DNA from: an uncultured Candidatus Saccharibacteria bacterium
Lineage (GTDB): Bacteria; Patescibacteriota; Minisyncoccia; Phycocordibacterales; UBA9973
Direction: 5' to 3'
Length of the DNA: 43,427 nucleotides
Assembly: GCA_964638985.1 (NCBI GenBank)
Contig: CAZXCD010000005.1
Location: 1 to 43,427, forward strand
Made by a program: the position numbers and the translations under genes. The notes beneath the pieces were generated by a model. It ran no database searches and was not told the origin of the DNA. It was given only the letters and a program-made list of their open reading frames with translations. Positions 42,251-43,427 of the stretch are shown here, piece after piece (within the stretch, counting starts at the first letter, position 1; each line of letters starts with the position of its first letter).

Positions 42251-42721
42251 ATGGGAGATTTTAATACAACCAATCCTCCGAAGCAAAGTGTGCATAAAAT
42301 TCTGGCGCATTCATACGTCGCTTATCTGCTTTTTTTCTTGATTGGCGTTTGTTTGGACTTCATTTTTGATTTCGGAATTTTTAATAATTCTTTTATTACC
42401 CAAACCGGGATAGTGTCTTTGATTTTCGGAACTTTTCTGATTGTGTGGGCGCAGTACACCTCACGCAATCTTAATAAAGAAAATATAACCATAGACACTT
42501 TCCGCCATGGGCCGTATCATTTTACCAGGATGCCCACTAATTTCGGTCTTTTCTTTCTGACTCTCGGGTTTGGAATTATCGTCAACGCTTTTTTTGTAAT
42601 TTTATCTTCTTTTATCTCTCTTATTTTTGCTAAACTGGTTTTTATTTCAAAACAGGAAAAAGTTTTAGCGGAAAAATACGGCCAGCCGTATTTGGAATAT
42701 GAAGAATCAGTTAAATTTTAA
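42251..42721 (+). CDS. ICMT/PEMT-like membrane methyltransferase family protein
   Basis: GPYHFTRMPTNFG...QEKVLAEKYGQPYLEYEESV matches the GPY..RHP.Y / EE..L...FG..Y..Y pattern. ATG 42251 is preferred over the TTG at 42233. Confidence 0.6.
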   Translation: MGDFNTTNPPKQSVHKILAHSYVAYLLFFLIGVCLDFIFDFGIFNNSFITQTGIVSLIFGTFLIVWAQYTSRNLNKENITIDTFRHGPYHFTRMPTNFGLFFLTLGFGIIVNAFFVILSSFISLIFAKLVFISKQEKVLAEKYGQPYLEYEESVKF

Positions 42722-42724
42722 ACT

Positions 42725-43372
42725 ATGCTCTATCTCTTTTCGGGTGATGACGCAAAAAGTAAAATAATAAACTATGAAAAGTTTATAAAATCCCTGCCGA
42801 AAGAGGTGGAGGTTTTTCCCGTAAACAGAAACGATTTTGACCAGGTTCAGATTGAAAGTTTCTACTCCGGCTCCAGTCTTTTTTCCGCGAAGTCGGCGGT
42901 AATTTTTTCCGGCATTCTTGAATACGAAGAAACACGCGAATTTATTTTAGAAAAGTTGGAACCGATGGGGAAGTCCGGCAACACCTTCGTGTTTTTGGAA
43001 GGAAGATTAAATAAGCCGATATTGGATGCTTTCAGGAAAGCGCGCGCAGAACTCAATGTCTTTGAACTGCCCAAAGAAAAAAAGGAGAAATTTGATAATT
43101 TTTTAGTGGCGAACGCTTTTGCTAATAAAGATAAATTGAATACTTGGATTTATTTCTGCCAGGCGGTGGATGTGGGAGTGGTGATGGAGGAGCTTATCGG
43201 GGTGCTTTTTTGGAAAATCAAGGATATGCTGTTGAAAAAAAATTTCAGCAAATTTTCCGAGGAACAATTAAAGGATTATGTTTCCAAAATTTCTTACCTT
43301 CTGCCGGAAGCCCGCAAAAAAGGTCTGGACGCTGAATCGGCCTTTGAACAATTTTTACTTGAAGCTTTCTAA
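42725..43372 (+). CDS. holA: DNA polymerase III delta subunit (HolA)-like protein, short form
   Basis: The N-terminal pattern YLFSGDD......F............D.......SLFS.K..V resembles HolA. At 215 aa it is short. Confidence 0.45.
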   Translation: MLYLFSGDDAKSKIINYEKFIKSLPKEVEVFPVNRNDFDQVQIESFYSGSSLFSAKSAVIFSGILEYEETREFILEKLEPMGKSGNTFVFLEGRLNKPILDAFRKARAELNVFELPKEKKEKFDNFLVANAFANKDKLNTWIYFCQAVDVGVVMEELIGVLFWKIKDMLLKKNFSKFSEEQLKDYVSKISYLLPEARKKGLDAESAFEQFLLEAF

Positions 43373-43375
43373 TTG

Positions 43376-43427
43376 TGCGCCCGCTCGGGATCGAACCGAG
43401 GACCTTATCCTTAAAAGGGATCTGCTC
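43376..43427 (-). tRNA. tRNA-Lys (anticodon TTT), 3' part only (truncated by the window end)
   Basis: Reverse complement shows anticodon loop CTTTTAA, variable loop AGGTC, T-arm CTCGG-TTCGATC-CCGAG, and acceptor 3' strand CGGGCGC+A. Confidence 0.75.

Noticed and set aside
1-43427. Alternative genetic code (UGA recoding, as in some CPR lineages)
   Set aside because: TGA terminates yraN and ruvC at the expected protein ends. All conserved genes are full length under the standard code.

Overview
This is an AT-rich bacterial chromosome segment that uses the standard genetic code (TGA ends yraN and ruvC). Genes are tightly packed and mostly lack Shine-Dalgarno sequences. Gene content fits a Patescibacteria/CPR (Parcubacteria-like) genome; that lineage call is inference, since no database search was possible and all product calls rest on motifs read from the ORF translations. 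The window spans the replication origin: the rpmH-rnpA-yidD-yidC-jag operon on the minus strand faces dnaA-dnaN, with paired DnaA boxes on both sides of dnaA. It also carries housekeeping genes (pcrA, rsmA, PBP1A, tyrS, ruvC, yebC, ruvB, pilB-like ATPase, tsaE, polA, holA-like), five tRNA genes and small transporters. Four things stand out. (1) A ~14 kb envelope gene cluster (11309-25191) encodes a Gram-positive-style minimal type IV secretion-like apparatus: PrgI/VirB3-like, a VirB4 apparently split into two ORFs, VirB6/TrbL-like, a pilin-like/NlpC-P60 fusion and several secreted proteins. It has no relaxase, coupling protein or integrase and sits next to oriC. (2) At least 16 copies of GC-rich multi-hairpin repeat elements fall into four families. 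Twelve copies are embedded in-frame in 11 protein-coding genes, including pcrA, rsmA, jag, polA, yebC and virB4. One family yields nearly the same peptide in either orientation. Copies pile up around a DUF559 nuclease gene. (3) A ~350-nt high-GC micro-island lies just downstream of tRNA-Gly(TCC), with its own promoter, strong SD sites, two tiny transmembrane ORFs and a terminator. (4) Several orphan structured or palindromic DNA elements remain unexplained: GTTTCNCGTGAAAC palindromes around yraN, and a 143-nt element with 20-bp inverted repeats upstream of ruvB.
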